Positions 10,637 to 25,179 of a DNA stretch of 44,793 bases are shown here, piece by piece (within the stretch, counting starts at the first letter, position 1; every line of letters begins with the position of its first letter). The translations under genes and the position numbers were made by a program. Location of the stretch: positions 1 through 44,793 of IMG/VR virus record IMGVR_UViG_643348551_000008; one strand, written 5' to 3'. The notes beneath the pieces were generated by a model. It searched no databases. It was not told where the DNA came from and was given only the letters and a program-made list of their open reading frames with translations. The DNA comes from a virus. Its lineage: Duplodnaviria; Heunggongvirae; Uroviricota; Caudoviricetes.

Positions 10637-13194
10637 CGTCCACCTCCGGAGAACAGACCACCATCGCGCATCTGTGCCTGAATTTCATCACGGGCACCCT
10701 TGCGGGCCATGTCATACACTGCCTTCATCATCTGTGGACCTGGCAGACCATTCGTACCGTCGTTCTGAATCACCACGTGATTGTTCTGATTAAAATTAAT
10801 GCCTTCAGCCCGCCGCATCTGCGCCGGACTTCCGGCACCGCCCACATAACCACCTTCCGCATAGCCCCGCATCAGCCGGTAAAGATTCCCCACGCCAATC
10901 CGGCTGGTTGCCTCCTTCGTGAAGACAAACTCACCACGGTGAACAATCCCCGCTGGCTCATATTTGCCGCCGGTTCCCGTAAATCCTCCGGTTGCAAAAT
11001 GGAATTTCGCCGCAGCGGCCTGAATGGCTGTACCGCCTGACGCGGATGCGCCGCCACCAACAGCCCCGCCAATGGCGCTGCCGATACTCCCGACAATCCC
11101 CACCATTGCCTGCTTAAGCAGAATTTCTGTCATCATGGACAGCACGGAACGGGTGAAGCTGCGCCAGTTCTGCTCACTGCCGGTCAGCATCGCCGCCATA
11201 TTCTGTGCAATACCATCAAAGGTCTGCGTGGCTGCACTTTTAACCTGCGACATACTGTCCGTGGCGCTCTCTTCCCACTCACTCCAGCCGGACTTCAGGC
11301 CTGCCATCCAGCTCCCGCGAAGCTGGTCTTCAGCCGCCCAGGTCTTTTTCTGCTCTGACATGACGTTATTCAGCGCCAGCGGATTATCGCCATACTGTTC
11401 CTTCAGGCGCTGTTCCGTGGCTTCCCGTTCTGCCTGCCGGTCAGTCAGCCCCCGGCTTTTCGCATCAATGGCGGCCCGTTTTGCCCGTTGCTGCTGTGCG
11501 AATTTATCCGCCTGCTGCGCCAGCGCGTTCAGGCGCTCCTGATACGTAACCTTGTCGCCAAGTGCAGCCAGCTGGCGTTTGTACTCCAGCGTCTCATCTT
11601 TATGCGCCAGCAGGGATTTCTCCTGTGCAGACAGCTGGCGACGTTGCGCCGCCTCCTCCAGTACCGCGAACTGACTCTCCGCCTTCCACAAATCCCGGCG
11701 CTGCTGGCTGATTTTCTCATTCGCTCCGGCATGCTTCTCCAGCGTCCGGAGTTCTGCCTGAAGCGTCAGCAGGGCAGCATGAGCACTGTCTTCCTGACGA
11801 TCGCCCGCAGACACCTTCACGCCGGACTGTTTCGGCTTTTTCAGCGTCGCTTCATAATCCTTTTTCGCCGCCGCCATCAGCGTGTTGTAATCCGCCTGCA
11901 GGATTTTCCCGTCTTTCAGTGCCTTGTTCAGTTCTTCCTGACGGGCGGTATATTTCTCCAGCGGCGTCTGCAGCCGTTCGTAAGCCTTCTGCGCCTCTTC
12001 GGTATATTTCAGCCGTGACGCTTCGGTATCGCTCTGCTGCTGCGCATTTTTGTCCTGTTGAGTCTGCTGCTCAGCCTTCTTTCGGGCGGCTTCAAGCGCA
12101 AGACGGGCCTTTTCACGATCATCCCAGTAACGCGCCCGCGCTTCATCGTTAACAAAATAATCATCCTTGCGCAGATTCCAGATGTCGTCTGCTTTCTTAA
12201 ACGCAGCCTCTGCCTTAATCAGCATCTCCTGCGCGGTATCAGGACGACCAATATCCAGCACCGCATCCCACATGGATTTGAATGCCCGCGCTGTCCTGTC
12301 TGCCCAGGTCTCCAGCGTGCCCATGTTCTCTTTCAGGCGGCGGGTCTGGTCATCAAACCCTTTCGTTGCGGCTTCGTTCGCCGCCTGCAATGCCCCGGCT
12401 TCATCGCCGGAACGCTGCAACTGAGCAACATACGCAATCTGCTCCGCCGTCACGTTATGGAACTGGCGCGCCATCGCCGTCAGCCCCGACGTCGGGTCAG
12501 TGGTCAGCTTCCCGAAGGCTTCAGCGACCTTGTCCACCTCCACACCGGATGCAGAAGAGAAACGCGCCACACTCTGGCTGATGGACGCAATCTGAGCCTC
12601 ACCGCTTACCCCCGCCTTAACCAGTGCACTGAGTGACTCACTGGTCTGGTTAAACGTCAGCCCTGCCGCCTGCCCGGCTCTGGACAGGACCAGCATACGA
12701 TCTGCCGTCAGACCCGACTGATTACCGGAAAGGACCAGCGTTTTGTTGAAATCGGACAGGGTTGAGTTACCCTGATACCAGGCATACGCCAGCGCACCGG
12801 TCGCCACCGCCAGCGAGGTGGCCCCGACCATCGGCAGGGTGATCGCACCGGCAAGCCCCCGGAACATGGGGATCATCCCGCCGAAGGAGTCCTTCACCTG
12901 ACCACCCTGTTGCAGCAGGATCAGCCACGGGCTTTGCCCGCCTGCAAGCTGCGTGGCCACGTCGGTGAACTGTGCAGGCAGCATACGCATGGCGGCTTTA
13001 TACTGCCCGACGGAAATCCCCGCTTTCTGTGCAGCCAGCGCCTGTCGGCTCAGCGACTGTTCAACGACTGCCGCTGTTTTTTTCGCATCAGTTTCCGTAC
13101 CGGAAAAATGACGCCTGACTCTGGCCATCTGCTCGTCAAATCTGGCCGCATCCAGACTTAAATCAACGACCAGATCGCCTACCGGTTCAGCCAT
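10633..13194 (-). CDS. H: Tail tape measure protein H
   Basis: 853-aa coiled-coil-rich ORF with Gly-rich C-terminus; follows G/T. Confidence 0.9.
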   Translation of the reverse strand: MAEPVGDLVVDLSLDAARFDEQMARVRRHFSGTETDAKKTAAVVEQSLSRQALAAQKAGISVGQYKAAMRMLPAQFTDVATQLAGGQSPWLILLQQGGQVKDSFGGMIPMFRGLAGAITLPMVGATSLAVATGALAYAWYQGNSTLSDFNKTLVLSGNQSGLTADRMLVLSRAGQAAGLTFNQTSESLSALVKAGVSGEAQIASISQSVARFSSASGVEVDKVAEAFGKLTTDPTSGLTAMARQFHNVTAEQIAYVAQLQRSGDEAGALQAANEAATKGFDDQTRRLKENMGTLETWADRTARAFKSMWDAVLDIGRPDTAQEMLIKAEAAFKKADDIWNLRKDDYFVNDEARARYWDDREKARLALEAARKKAEQQTQQDKNAQQQSDTEASRLKYTEEAQKAYERLQTPLEKYTARQEELNKALKDGKILQADYNTLMAAAKKDYEATLKKPKQSGVKVSAGDRQEDSAHAALLTLQAELRTLEKHAGANEKISQQRRDLWKAESQFAVLEEAAQRRQLSAQEKSLLAHKDETLEYKRQLAALGDKVTYQERLNALAQQADKFAQQQRAKRAAIDAKSRGLTDRQAEREATEQRLKEQYGDNPLALNNVMSEQKKTWAAEDQLRGSWMAGLKSGWSEWEESATDSMSQVKSAATQTFDGIAQNMAAMLTGSEQNWRSFTRSVLSMMTEILLKQAMVGIVGSIGSAIGGAVGGGASASGGTAIQAAAAKFHFATGGFTGTGGKYEPAGIVHRGEFVFTKEATSRIGVGNLYRLMRGYAEGGYVGGAGSPAQMRRAEGINFNQNNHVVIQNDGTNGLPGPQMMKAVYDMARKGARDEIQAQMRDGGLFSGGGR

Positions 13195-13621
13195 ACCGGA
13201 CTCCTCCTGCGATCCCTTCTGATACTGTCATCAGCATTACGTCATCCTCCGTCATGTCCGCCACATCCGGGGAAGCGGGGATAACTTCATTCCCGTCCGG
13301 GCCAAAGCGGACACCTCCGGCAAGCCCTGCCGCTTTCTGCATCAGCACATCATCTTCAGGCTCTTCGTCAGCCTCGCGCCGGTTAAGCAGACTGAAATCC
13401 AGCGGATGCATATCCGGATCGCTGAAAAACAGGCTGAGCACGGTGTACGTCAGCCCGGAAAAGTGCATATCCAGCAGAACATCATGAAAATAATGGGTAC
13501 TGTAAAAGCGGTGCCAGTCGGCATACTCCGTGGATGACATCCCGGCAAGCATGGCACGCCAGTCGGGTCGCCCCATCTCACGCGCCAGTTTCAGGGCAAA
13601 ACTCAGCTCACCGTCGAACAC
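13187..13621 (-). CDS. T: Tail assembly chaperone T frame (expressed as G-T fusion by -1 frameshift)
   Basis: 144-aa ORF overlapping 3' end of G; slippery heptamer GGGAAAG on minus strand at 13620-13626. Confidence 0.8.
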   Translation of the reverse strand: MFDGELSFALKLAREMGRPDWRAMLAGMSSTEYADWHRFYSTHYFHDVLLDMHFSGLTYTVLSLFFSDPDMHPLDFSLLNRREADEEPEDDVLMQKAAGLAGGVRFGPDGNEVIPASPDVADMTEDDVMLMTVSEGIAGGVRYG

Positions 13622-14025
13622 TTTCCCGCAGAAACAGGCTCTGCAGGCCCGGCGTCCTCTGTCTGTTCAGGGGTATTATTCACAACAAACTCATACATAC
13701 CGGACAGCCGGTACACCACGTTTTCAGCATGAGAAATTGCCTCCGTGGGCCAGGTGGTAAGCACTTCCTGCTCAATCTGTTTAACGGCTTCATTCATGGA
13801 CGGCATCTGCGTCTTCTGCGGATGGTTATGCCACAGGGACATCGCCACCAGAAACGCGCCGGTTCTGATGGCGTCTTCCACAGTAAACTTCCGGTTGCTG
13901 TCTGACTCCGCCTGTTCTGCCTGCCGTTTCATCAGGGCGAGATGCTCAATACGCTGCAGGGCTGACAGTTCAGAAAGCGTGACGGTCACACCGTTATGTT
14001 CAAATGATTCGGTTTTCAGGAACAT
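13603..14025 (-). CDS. G: Tail assembly chaperone G
   Basis: 140-aa ORF MFLKTESFEHNGVTVTLSEL matches recalled lambda G. Confidence 0.85.
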   Translation of the reverse strand: MFLKTESFEHNGVTVTLSELSALQRIEHLALMKRQAEQAESDSNRKFTVEDAIRTGAFLVAMSLWHNHPQKTQMPSMNEAVKQIEQEVLTTWPTEAISHAENVVYRLSGMYEFVVNNTPEQTEDAGPAEPVSAGKCSTVS

Positions 14026-14040
14026 CGCTGACTCTCCGGA

Positions 14041-14781
14041 TTAACTGGCGGTGACGGTGATTTCTGCAACCGCAGCAAACTCACCATTACCGGATACAAC
14101 CGGAATGTTGACCTTGCCTGCAGCAACACCTTTCACGGTGATGGTCATACCACTGACCGACACGGTGGCTTTTGTTTTATCCGCAGACACCGCACGGAAG
14201 CTCTTGTCGGTTGCGCCTTCCGGCTGGAATGCCACGGTCAGCGTGGTGCTCTGCCCTTTCACCACCGAAGTGCTGGCAGGCGTCACGGTCATGCCGGTTG
14301 CCGCTGTTACCGTGCTGCGATCTTCTGCCATCGACGGACGTCCCACATTGGTGACTTTCACCGTGCGGGTGATCACTTCCTTCGCCGTCACCGCCTTACC
14401 GATACTGCTGACCCAGCCACGGAACACATCGACCGTGCCGTTCGGGAAGCGGATTTTATAGGCACGGGTATCGCCTTCATTAAACCACGCCAGCAGCGCC
14501 TGCTGCCCCTGCTCTCCGGGCATCCACGCCAGCGTGAAGCTGGTATCTCCGGCAGATTTCTGCCCCTGCCCGGTCGCAGTCCAGTCTGCATCTTCATCAT
14601 CGAGATAGCTGTCGTCATAGGACTCAGCGGTCAGTTCGCCGGGCGTCAGGTCTTTAACTTTTGCCAGACGCGACCAGTCAACGTCTGAAAGCGGATTCGC
14701 ATAAGGGTCACCGCTCCCCTTATAAACCCACAGGGTGGTCCCGGCACCTTTCACCGGCATTGTAGGATTTGGTACAGGCAT
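14041..14781 (-). CDS. V: Major tail protein V (with C-terminal Ig-like domain)
   Basis: Track ORF trimmed to Met at [14 protein letters not shown] (246 aa). Confidence 0.85.
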   Translation of the reverse strand: MPVPNPTMPVKGAGTTLWVYKGSGDPYANPLSDVDWSRLAKVKDLTPGELTAESYDDSYLDDEDADWTATGQGQKSAGDTSFTLAWMPGEQGQQALLAWFNEGDTRAYKIRFPNGTVDVFRGWVSSIGKAVTAKEVITRTVKVTNVGRPSMAEDRSTVTAATGMTVTPASTSVVKGQSTTLTVAFQPEGATDKSFRAVSADKTKATVSVSGMTITVKGVAAGKVNIPVVSGNGEFAAVAEITVTAS

Positions 14782-14788
14782 AGCGTCC

Positions 14789-15184
14789 TCACATTTCATA
14801 GGTAATGACATAAGTCAGATCGGCTGAACTCCACAGGCCCGCATCATCGTCGCGCCGGTAGTCATAGCCGCTGGCCACCATACTGGTGATCAAATCTGAC
14901 AGTGCCGGGATATCGCTCATCACCGGATAAATCCGGGACTCCATCCACGCATCCAGCTCTGAATCCGGCACCTGAGCAGGCAGGAAAACTTCGATATGCA
15001 GCTCCGCCTGCCAGGTATCGCTGTCCAGCTCTTCGCCCGTGTATTCAGCGCCGGTGAGATAAACGGCAACTGCCGGAAAATCCGCCTCATCAAAAACAGC
15101 GGGGCGACCATCAAAAAACGTCGCCCCGGTGTCATGCTTCTCCAGTGCATCCAGTACGGCTGCACGGAGTTCAGTATGTTTCAT
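14789..15184 (-). CDS. U: Tail terminator protein U
   Basis: 131-aa ORF, synteny Z-U-V. Confidence 0.85.
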   Translation of the reverse strand: MKHTELRAAVLDALEKHDTGATFFDGRPAVFDEADFPAVAVYLTGAEYTGEELDSDTWQAELHIEVFLPAQVPDSELDAWMESRIYPVMSDIPALSDLITSMVASGYDYRRDDDAGLWSSADLTYVITYEM

Positions 15185-15759
15185 CGCTTTATTACCATCC
15201 TCAGTTGATGCTGCAGCGCATAGCCCAGCTCTTTCGGAAGACGTTCACGCCGTATCCGCTCAATATTTTGTTTAAACGCCGTGGTCAGCGGCACCGCCAT
15301 CGGGATTTTCACCACATCAATGGGGTAACGGTTTTTCCCGGCCACACGCTGCATGACATGCCATCGGCCATTTTTCAGTTGCTGAATAAACGCGCCGGGA
15401 ATACGACGGTTACCCACCACAAGCACGCTGCCGCCACCTTTCAGGGATGAACGCTGCCCCTTTTTACGACGCCTGCGGCGCGAAAGGACAACCTGCGCAT
15501 TACCCAGCTTGATTACGGGCAAATCCCCCCGGTTAACTTTGATTCTGGCCTGCGGATTTTTGACCGTGGCCCTTTTCAGCCTGGCCCTTTCCTTTACCAG
15601 TTTCCGGCGTACCTTTGTCTCACGGGCAACCTGTGACGCCGACTGCGATATCGCGGATGAAGCAACGCGGTTAATGGCCATTGCGGCGGCACCAGGCACC
15701 GCCGTTTTGCTGATACGGCTGAGGTTTTCAATGGCCTGCTCAAGACCTTTTATGGCCAT
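15181..15759 (-). CDS. Z: Head-tail connector/tail completion protein Z
   Basis: 192-aa ORF, synteny FII-Z-U. Confidence 0.85.
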   Translation of the reverse strand: MAIKGLEQAIENLSRISKTAVPGAAAMAINRVASSAISQSASQVARETKVRRKLVKERARLKRATVKNPQARIKVNRGDLPVIKLGNAQVVLSRRRRRKKGQRSSLKGGGSVLVVGNRRIPGAFIQQLKNGRWHVMQRVAGKNRYPIDVVKIPMAVPLTTAFKQNIERIRRERLPKELGYALQHQLRMVIKR

Positions 15760-15770
15760 ACATCCCCCTT

Positions 15771-16124
15771 TCAGCGGCGACGGTTAACGGCAGGCGGTAC
15801 GCCCCGCCCAAGCCAGAGATGACAGCTTCCACCATCATCCGGCGAAACCCGGTCTATCCAGAAGTTTTCCTCACCGATGGTCAGCGTGTCTCCACGCCGC
15901 AGCTGCCGCACATCATCAGTCCGGACAAACAGGGACGGGCTGGAGCCTTCAACGCGCACGCCCTGTCCGGCATAGCTGATATTTTCAGGGTCATCAAAAA
16001 CACCACGTATCACAGCACCGGACAGCTCACCGGATGTCATGGTGGCTGACGTTCCCATGTACCCGCGTATCGTTTCATCGGCGCGGGCAATGGCAGCATC
16101 GAACAGGTTATCGGAATCAGCCAC
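15771..16124 (-). CDS. FII: Head-tail joining protein FII
   Basis: 117-aa ORF MADSDNLFDAAIARADETIRGY matches recalled lambda FII. Confidence 0.85.
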   Translation of the reverse strand: MADSDNLFDAAIARADETIRGYMGTSATMTSGELSGAVIRGVFDDPENISYAGQGVRVEGSSPSLFVRTDDVRQLRRGDTLTIGEENFWIDRVSPDDGGSCHLWLGRGVPPAVNRRR

Positions 16125-16135
16125 AGCGCCTCCCG

Positions 16136-16531
16136 TTATTGCATTCTGGCCAGGCCATGTTCTGTCATTTCGGCTGCCACACCGGCAGAGACACGAAACG
16201 CCGTTCCCGGCAGCACAAATGCCACAGGCTCATCCCGCGTGGCGTGAAGTGCATCAGTATGCAGCGTCACCAGTGCCACGACCGTGACCAGAGCAGCCGT
16301 ATCAATCACGGTATCCGGCTGCGCTGATACCACCTCATTTTCATGTCCGGTCAGCGCATTTTCCGGGCTGACAGATGTGTCCTGACCGGCAGCGTCATCC
16401 GTGTCATCAAGCTCCTCTTCCAGCTCTGCCACACGGAGCACCAGTTCTTCTTTCGTCCCCGTCAGGCTGACATCACGGTTCAGTTGCTCACCCAGCACCT
16501 GAAGACGGGCAATCAGTTCATCTTTCGTCAT
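16136..16531 (-). CDS. FI: DNA packaging protein FI
   Basis: Track ORF trimmed to MTKDELIARL (131 aa). Confidence 0.8.
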   Translation of the reverse strand: MTKDELIARLQVLGEQLNRDVSLTGTKEELVLRVAELEEELDDTDDAAGQDTSVSPENALTGHENEVVSAQPDTVIDTAALVTVVALVTLHTDALHATRDEPVAFVLPGTAFRVSAGVAAEMTEHGLARMQ

Positions 16532-16572
16532 GGACTCCTCCACAGAGAGAAAATGGCCCCGAAGGGCCATGA

Positions 16573-17598
16573 TTACGCCAGTTGTACGGACACGAACGCA
16601 TCAGGATCAGCCAGCAGCATCAGCGGTGCTGACTGAATCATGGTGAACTCACGCGCCGGATCGCCGGTGGTCACCCAGTTTTTCGGGTAGCGGGCAGAGG
16701 CGTTAATACCTTCGCGCTGTGCGTCCGCATCCTGAATGCAGCCATAGGTGCGCAGACCGCGTGCCTGAGTGTTCCCCAGCACCATCGTGTTGTCCGGCAG
16801 GAAGTTCTTTTTGACGTCGTTTTCCACGTACTGTCCGGAATACACGACGATCGCCGTATCGCCATACATCCCCTTATAGGACACCGCTTCGCCCAGGTCT
16901 TTTACCGCTGTCTCCAGCTCGGAATGAGAGCCGCGACGGGTATCCAGCTTCTCCTTGACGGCTTTGAAGGAACGGAACAGCGCCCAGCCTTTCGGATCAA
17001 ACACGATGATATTCACCACGCCGCTGGCGTTCAGCGCATAGGCTTCGATATCGTCGGTCGGGTCATACGTGGACTTGTCACGCTTGCTCCACTCCGTACC
17101 ACCGGACTGTGTGATGTTGTTCGCCGCACTGCGGCCCATATCCACCTCAACCGGATCGAAGGCTTCACCGGTCATGGTGTATTTGCCCTTAAGCACAGCA
17201 GAAACTGCCTGCATCTCTTCGACCTGAGCAATGGCCAGCTCTTCGTCTCGCATGTTCTGCATGATGATGCGACGGCGGCGGTAAGCCGGGTCCGCCAGAT
17301 TCTGCGGATCTTCATCCGGCAGGCGACGCAGGGTCATCTGCGGATTCACCTCATGCTTGGGTTTGACATATCCCGGCGTAAATTCAGAGGTGGAGCCGCC
17401 ACGGGAACGGATAACCTCACCGGAAACAATCGGCGAAACGTACAGCGCCATGTTTACCAGTCCCGGAATTTGTGAGAGATAGACTTTCTCCGTGGTGAAG
17501 GGATAGCTCTCACGGAAAAAGAGACGCAGAAACAGCGGATCAAACTTAAATTTCTGCTCATTTGCCGCCAGCAGCTGGGCGGTTGTGTACATCGACAT
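16573..17598 (-). CDS. E: Major capsid protein E
   Basis: Track ORF trimmed to MSMYTTAQLLAANEQKFKFD (341 aa). Confidence 0.9.
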   Translation of the reverse strand: MSMYTTAQLLAANEQKFKFDPLFLRLFFRESYPFTTEKVYLSQIPGLVNMALYVSPIVSGEVIRSRGGSTSEFTPGYVKPKHEVNPQMTLRRLPDEDPQNLADPAYRRRRIIMQNMRDEELAIAQVEEMQAVSAVLKGKYTMTGEAFDPVEVDMGRSAANNITQSGGTEWSKRDKSTYDPTDDIEAYALNASGVVNIIVFDPKGWALFRSFKAVKEKLDTRRGSHSELETAVKDLGEAVSYKGMYGDTAIVVYSGQYVENDVKKNFLPDNTMVLGNTQARGLRTYGCIQDADAQREGINASARYPKNWVTTGDPAREFTMIQSAPLMLLADPDAFVSVQLA

Positions 17599-17653
17599 AA
17601 AAAAATCCCGTAAAAAAAGCCGCACAGGCGGCCTTTAGTGATGAAGGGTAAGG

Positions 17654-17986
17654 TTAAACGATGCTGATTGCCGTTCCGGCAAACGCGGTCCGTTTTTTCG
17701 TCTCGTCGCTGGCAGCCTCCGGCCAGAGCACATCCTCATAACGGAACGTGCCGGACTTGTAGAACGTCAGCGTGGTGCTGGTCTGGTCAGCATCAACCGC
17801 CAGAATGCCAACGGCAGTACCGTCGGTGGTGCCATCCCACGCAACCAGCTTACGGGTGGAGGTGTCCAGCATCAGCGGGGTCATTGCAGGCGCTTTCGCA
17901 CTCAATCCGCCGGGCGCGGTTGCCGTATGTGCCGGGTCACTGTTGCCCAGCGGCTGGTAATGGGTAAAGGTTTCTTTGCTCGTCAT
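17654..17986 (-). CDS. D: Head decoration protein D
   Basis: Track ORF trimmed to [12 protein letters not shown] (110 aa). Confidence 0.9.
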   Translation of the reverse strand: MTSKETFTHYQPLGNSDPAHTATAPGGLSAKAPAMTPLMLDTSTRKLVAWDGTTDGTAVGILAVDADQTSTTLTFYKSGTFRYEDVLWPEAASDETKKRTAFAGTAISIV

Positions 17987-17995
17987 AAACATCCC

Positions 17996-19295
17996 TTACA
18001 CTGGTGTGTTCAGCAAATCGTTAACGGCATCAGATGCCGGGTTACCTGCAGCCAGTGGTGCCGGTGCCCCCTGCATCAGACGATCCAGCGCAGTGTCACT
18101 GCGCGCCTGTGCACTCTGTGGTGCAGCTGCCAGAATGCGGCGGGCCGTTTCCACGGTCATACCGGGGGTTTCGGCCAGCACACGTGCCTGTTCTTCGCGT
18201 CCGTGAGCTTCCTCACAGTTGAGGATCCCCATAATGCGGCTGTTTTCTGCCGCAACCGCAGCGGTGATCTGCGCGTTCACGTCCGGCTGCGCCGCGCTGG
18301 CGTTTTCGCCCTCCGTCGCTTGCACCACGTCAGTAACGTCAGCCTGCGAAGCAGTGGCTGAAACAGTTGTTGATTGAGTCTCTTTGGTCATTCGCCCTCC
18401 TGAGAGACGGGATTTACGTGCATCCAGTGCATCACGCATAACGGTGATCGCATCGGTGCTGTTGACAAGTTCATCAGCCAGTCCGGCATCAATGGCCTCC
18501 TGACCGCTGTACACTGCAGCCTCGGTATCCAGCACAGCCTGCACGGACAGGCCGGTATATGCCGACACCTTCTGCGCAAACATCCGGCGGGTTGCATCCA
18601 TCCGGGACTGCAGTGTCTCCCGGACATCACCCGGTAGATGGCTGTAGGGGTTGCCATCCACCTTATGGCTGCCGCTGTAAATCAGCGTGATTTCCACGCC
18701 CTGTTTCTCCAGCGCAGCACCGTAATTACTGTGAGCCATCATGACGCCGATGGAGCCTGTCCGGGCGGTCTGCGTGACCAGACGCCGGGAGGCGGCGCTG
18801 GCAAGCAACTGCCCTGCACTGCAGTTCATGTCATTGGCCAGCGCCCATACCGGCTTTATGTCACGCACACGGGCGATGATGTCAGCGCAGTCAAATGCCC
18901 CTGCCACCATTCCGCCGGGCGTGTCCATATCGAGCAGAATGCCGTCCACCATCGGGTCGCTGGCAGCCTGTTGCAGACGGGCGATAATGCCGTTGTAACC
19001 GGTCATTCCCGAATACGGCTGCAGCGCCCGCGTCCGGCTGACCAGCGTGCCGGACACCGGCAGCACGGCGATGCCGTTCATGACCTGATAACTGCGGGCC
19101 TGTCGTGGTCCGTCATCATCACCGGATAACGCCAGCGTCGCGGGTGCCTCTCCGGCAACCAGGCTGTCACCGGACACCGCATCCGTCAGGCGGCTGATCC
19201 CAAGCTGGCCTGCAAGCGCACAAAAGAAAACCCGCGCATAGGCGGGTTCAAGCATCAGCGGCTCATTAAAGGCCATGCTGGCAATATGCGGGAGA

Positions 19296-19315
<20 letters not shown>
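17996..19315 (-). CDS. C: Head maturation protease/scaffold C (S49-type), GTG start; Nu3 scaffold is expected in-frame within its 3' part
   Basis: Track ORF trimmed to VTAELRNLPHIASMAFNEPLM (439 aa); 20-nt overlap with B. Confidence 0.85.
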
Positions 19316-22996
<3,681 letters not shown>

Positions 22997-23022
<26 letters not shown>

Positions 23023-23542
23023 TCAGCAACCCCGGTATCAGTTCATCCAGCGCGGCTGCTTTGTTCATGGCTTTGATGATATCCCGTTTCAGGAAATCAA
23101 CATGTCGGTTTTCCAGTTCCGGAAAACGCCGCTGCACCGACAGGGGGATCCCGTCGAGAATACTGGCAATTTCACCTGCGATCCGCGACAGCACGAAAGT
23201 ACAGAATGCGGTTTCCACCACTTCAGCGGAGTCTCTGGCATTTTTCAGCTCCTGTGCGTCGGCCTGCGCACGCGTAAGTCGATGGCGTTCGTACTCAATA
23301 GTCCCTGGCTGGAGATCTGTCTCGCTGGCCTGCCGCAGTTCTTCAACTTCCCGGCGCAGCTTTTCGTTCTCAATTTCAGCATCCCTTTCGGCATACCATC
23401 TTATAACGGCGGCAGAGTCATAAAGCACCTCATTACCCTTGCCACCGCCTCGCAGAACGGGCATTCCCTGTTCCTGCCAGTTCTGAATGGTACGGATACT
23501 CGCACCGAAAATGTCAGCCAGCTGCTTTTTGTTGACTTCCAT
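22997..23542 (-). CDS. nu1: Terminase small subunit Nu1
   Basis: 181-aa ORF MEVNKKQLADIFGASIRTIQNWQEQGMPVLRGGGKGNEVLYDSAAVIRWYAERDAE essentially identical to recalled lambda Nu1. Confidence 0.9.
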
Positions 23543-23735
23543 TGTTCATTCCACGGCCAAAAACAGAGAAAGGAAACGACAGAGGCCCAAAAGCTCGTTT
23601 TCAGCACCTGTCGTTTCCTTTCTTTTCAGAGGGTATTTTAAATAAAAACATCAAGTTACGACGAAGAAGAACGGAAACGCCTTAAACCGGAAAATTTTCA
23701 TAAATAGCGAAAACCCGCGCGCCTGCCGCCCCGTG
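23543..23735 (-). other. cos site (cosB/cosQ-like region, with cosN-equivalent 12-mer at 23720-23731)
   Basis: Minus-strand sequence upstream of Nu1 matches the recalled lambda left end almost base for base; the cosN-equivalent reads GGGCGGCAGGCG. Confidence 0.75.
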
Positions 23736-24148
23736 GAAGGCCTCCCCACCGGAAGGACCCACACAAATGAGAGCATTTATCATTAACATTTACAGATAAG
23801 ATGACGTACATCATTGAAACGCCATTCAGCCATATACCGGCAGCATTCGTAGTTGCACTCCGTAACTCTGCGACTAAGGTTAAAAACATGGCCCTCTTTT
23901 GCCACCGGCAAATCTTCAATGGATTTCCCCTGCCGGTTTTTTATTTTCGTCGATGCATAACATTGCATTTACATCAATAGCGGCTATTGTCATTAGTATG
24001 TTGCATCAATGCATGGGTGGTATTGGCGGTCTTCGCCGGCCGCTTCTGTGTAGCTGCTCCCTGTGACCGGTTTTTTATTTCTCACATTACAGCAACCCCT
24101 TAGAGTGAAGGGCTGCTGTAATGCCTGTTACTCAGTAACTACCGCACC

Positions 24149-24343
24149 TTACGGTAATTTCATGAAGGCAAATACCGGACAGTCCGGATGACGAGCATCT
24201 TCTGTTGCTTCCAGCATTGACTCACCAAACCACTCCGTCGTGGCGCGACCGTCAGCTGCTTTGTAGTGGATCAAGTACTGGTTTTCGCCATCCGCATACT
24301 GCGCACGGGCTTTAACCTCACCCCATTCATCACTGATGCGCAT
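24149..24343 (-). pseudogene. Hypothetical protein, apparently split by a frameshift in an A7 tract (strong SD plus ATGATG at 24424-24429 in another frame)
   Basis: 70-aa track ORF has only a TTG/internal ATG start; an SD-preceded ATGATG upstream joins this frame if the A-run 24415-24421 is one base shorter. Confidence 0.4.
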
Positions 24344-24599
24344 CTCCACCAGTTGAGACAACTCAAACTTAAACGGAGCAGCATCAGCACCAATTACAAT
24401 CGGTTTGTTTTCTGTTTTTTTCCATCATCGTCTCCTGATATCGAAGCCCGTCGCCGCACCGGGCACTGATCAACATTTGAGTATTCGCGGCGACAGAAAG
24501 AATTTATTTTATTGAATAGCCACTAACACAGAATTTCATGCTTTCCGGACGCTGGCGCACCCTTCATTTTTCAGCAAAATATTCCGCTATTACAGATGA

Positions 24600-24782
24600 T
24601 CAGTTCTGCAGACACTGCCGAACGCCATCGATAAGCTGGCAGACCTGAGAAGCCGTATCGAAAAGCTGGCGCGCCTTATCCAGGCTGACGCATCCCACCA
24701 ATAAAAAAGGCACCAGTATCGCTACCAGTGCCCATTTCGCCGCCGTTCGCGGCATTCTGTGTGTCCAGTGTTTTCTGCTCAT
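24600..24782 (-). CDS. Small membrane-anchored/lipoprotein-like protein (60 aa) in the spanin position
   Basis: MSRKHW... followed by hydrophobic KWALVAILVPFLLVGC (lipobox-like LVGC) and C-terminal Cys; AGGTG SD 4 nt upstream. Confidence 0.45.
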   Translation of the reverse strand: MSRKHWTHRMPRTAAKWALVAILVPFLLVGCVSLDKARQLFDTASQVCQLIDGVRQCLQN

Positions 24783-24796
24783 AACACACCTGGTTA

Positions 24797-25177
24797 TCAG
24801 CGTTTCAACTGAAAGTGAGGCCCGTCTTTCAGTGTTTTCCAGTCCCCACCCCATTCGATGGCAGTTCCCAGCTCTGCGGCAGCCTGCTTAAATGCCTGCG
24901 CGATTTTCTCGTACAGAGGCCAGTCCCATGACACCTGGCTGCCAATGTAGGCCACAACATCCACCGCATCACCTGTAAGGTGGCGGCTGTTCATGGTCTG
25001 GCTTTTCCCTGCCGCTACCAGCTGTTTCTGGCGATACTTACTGCGCAGACCTTCCGTGATACCAAAATCAACCTCCGTCAGCTCCAGCGCACGGCGAACG
25101 ACAGCAACCAGCTGTGGTTTGACGCCCTCCAGATTTTTTTCACTGCGACGGCTGAATCTGAATTTACCCGGCATCAT
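24797..25177 (-). CDS. Endolysin, peptidase M15 family (L-alanyl-D-glutamate peptidase-like)
   Basis: HxxGxAxD-like SRHLTGDAVDV and WGGDW...H motifs; directly after the holin-like genes. Confidence 0.65.
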   Translation of the reverse strand: MMPGKFRFSRRSEKNLEGVKPQLVAVVRRALELTEVDFGITEGLRSKYRQKQLVAAGKSQTMNSRHLTGDAVDVVAYIGSQVSWDWPLYEKIAQAFKQAAAELGTAIEWGGDWKTLKDGPHFQLKR

Positions 25178-25179
25178 AT

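Noticed and set aside
10777-12636. Multiple 70-190-aa ORFs on both strands within the tape measure gene
   Set aside because: All lie inside the H coding region in other frames; no SDs or recognisable domains.
17927-19129. Plus-strand ORFs of 140-165 aa overlapping C and D
   Set aside because: Antisense to conserved head genes; composition typical of spurious frames.
23698-23968. Two small minus-strand ORFs just beyond cosN
   Set aside because: Lie across cosN and AT-rich DNA with no ribosome-binding sites.
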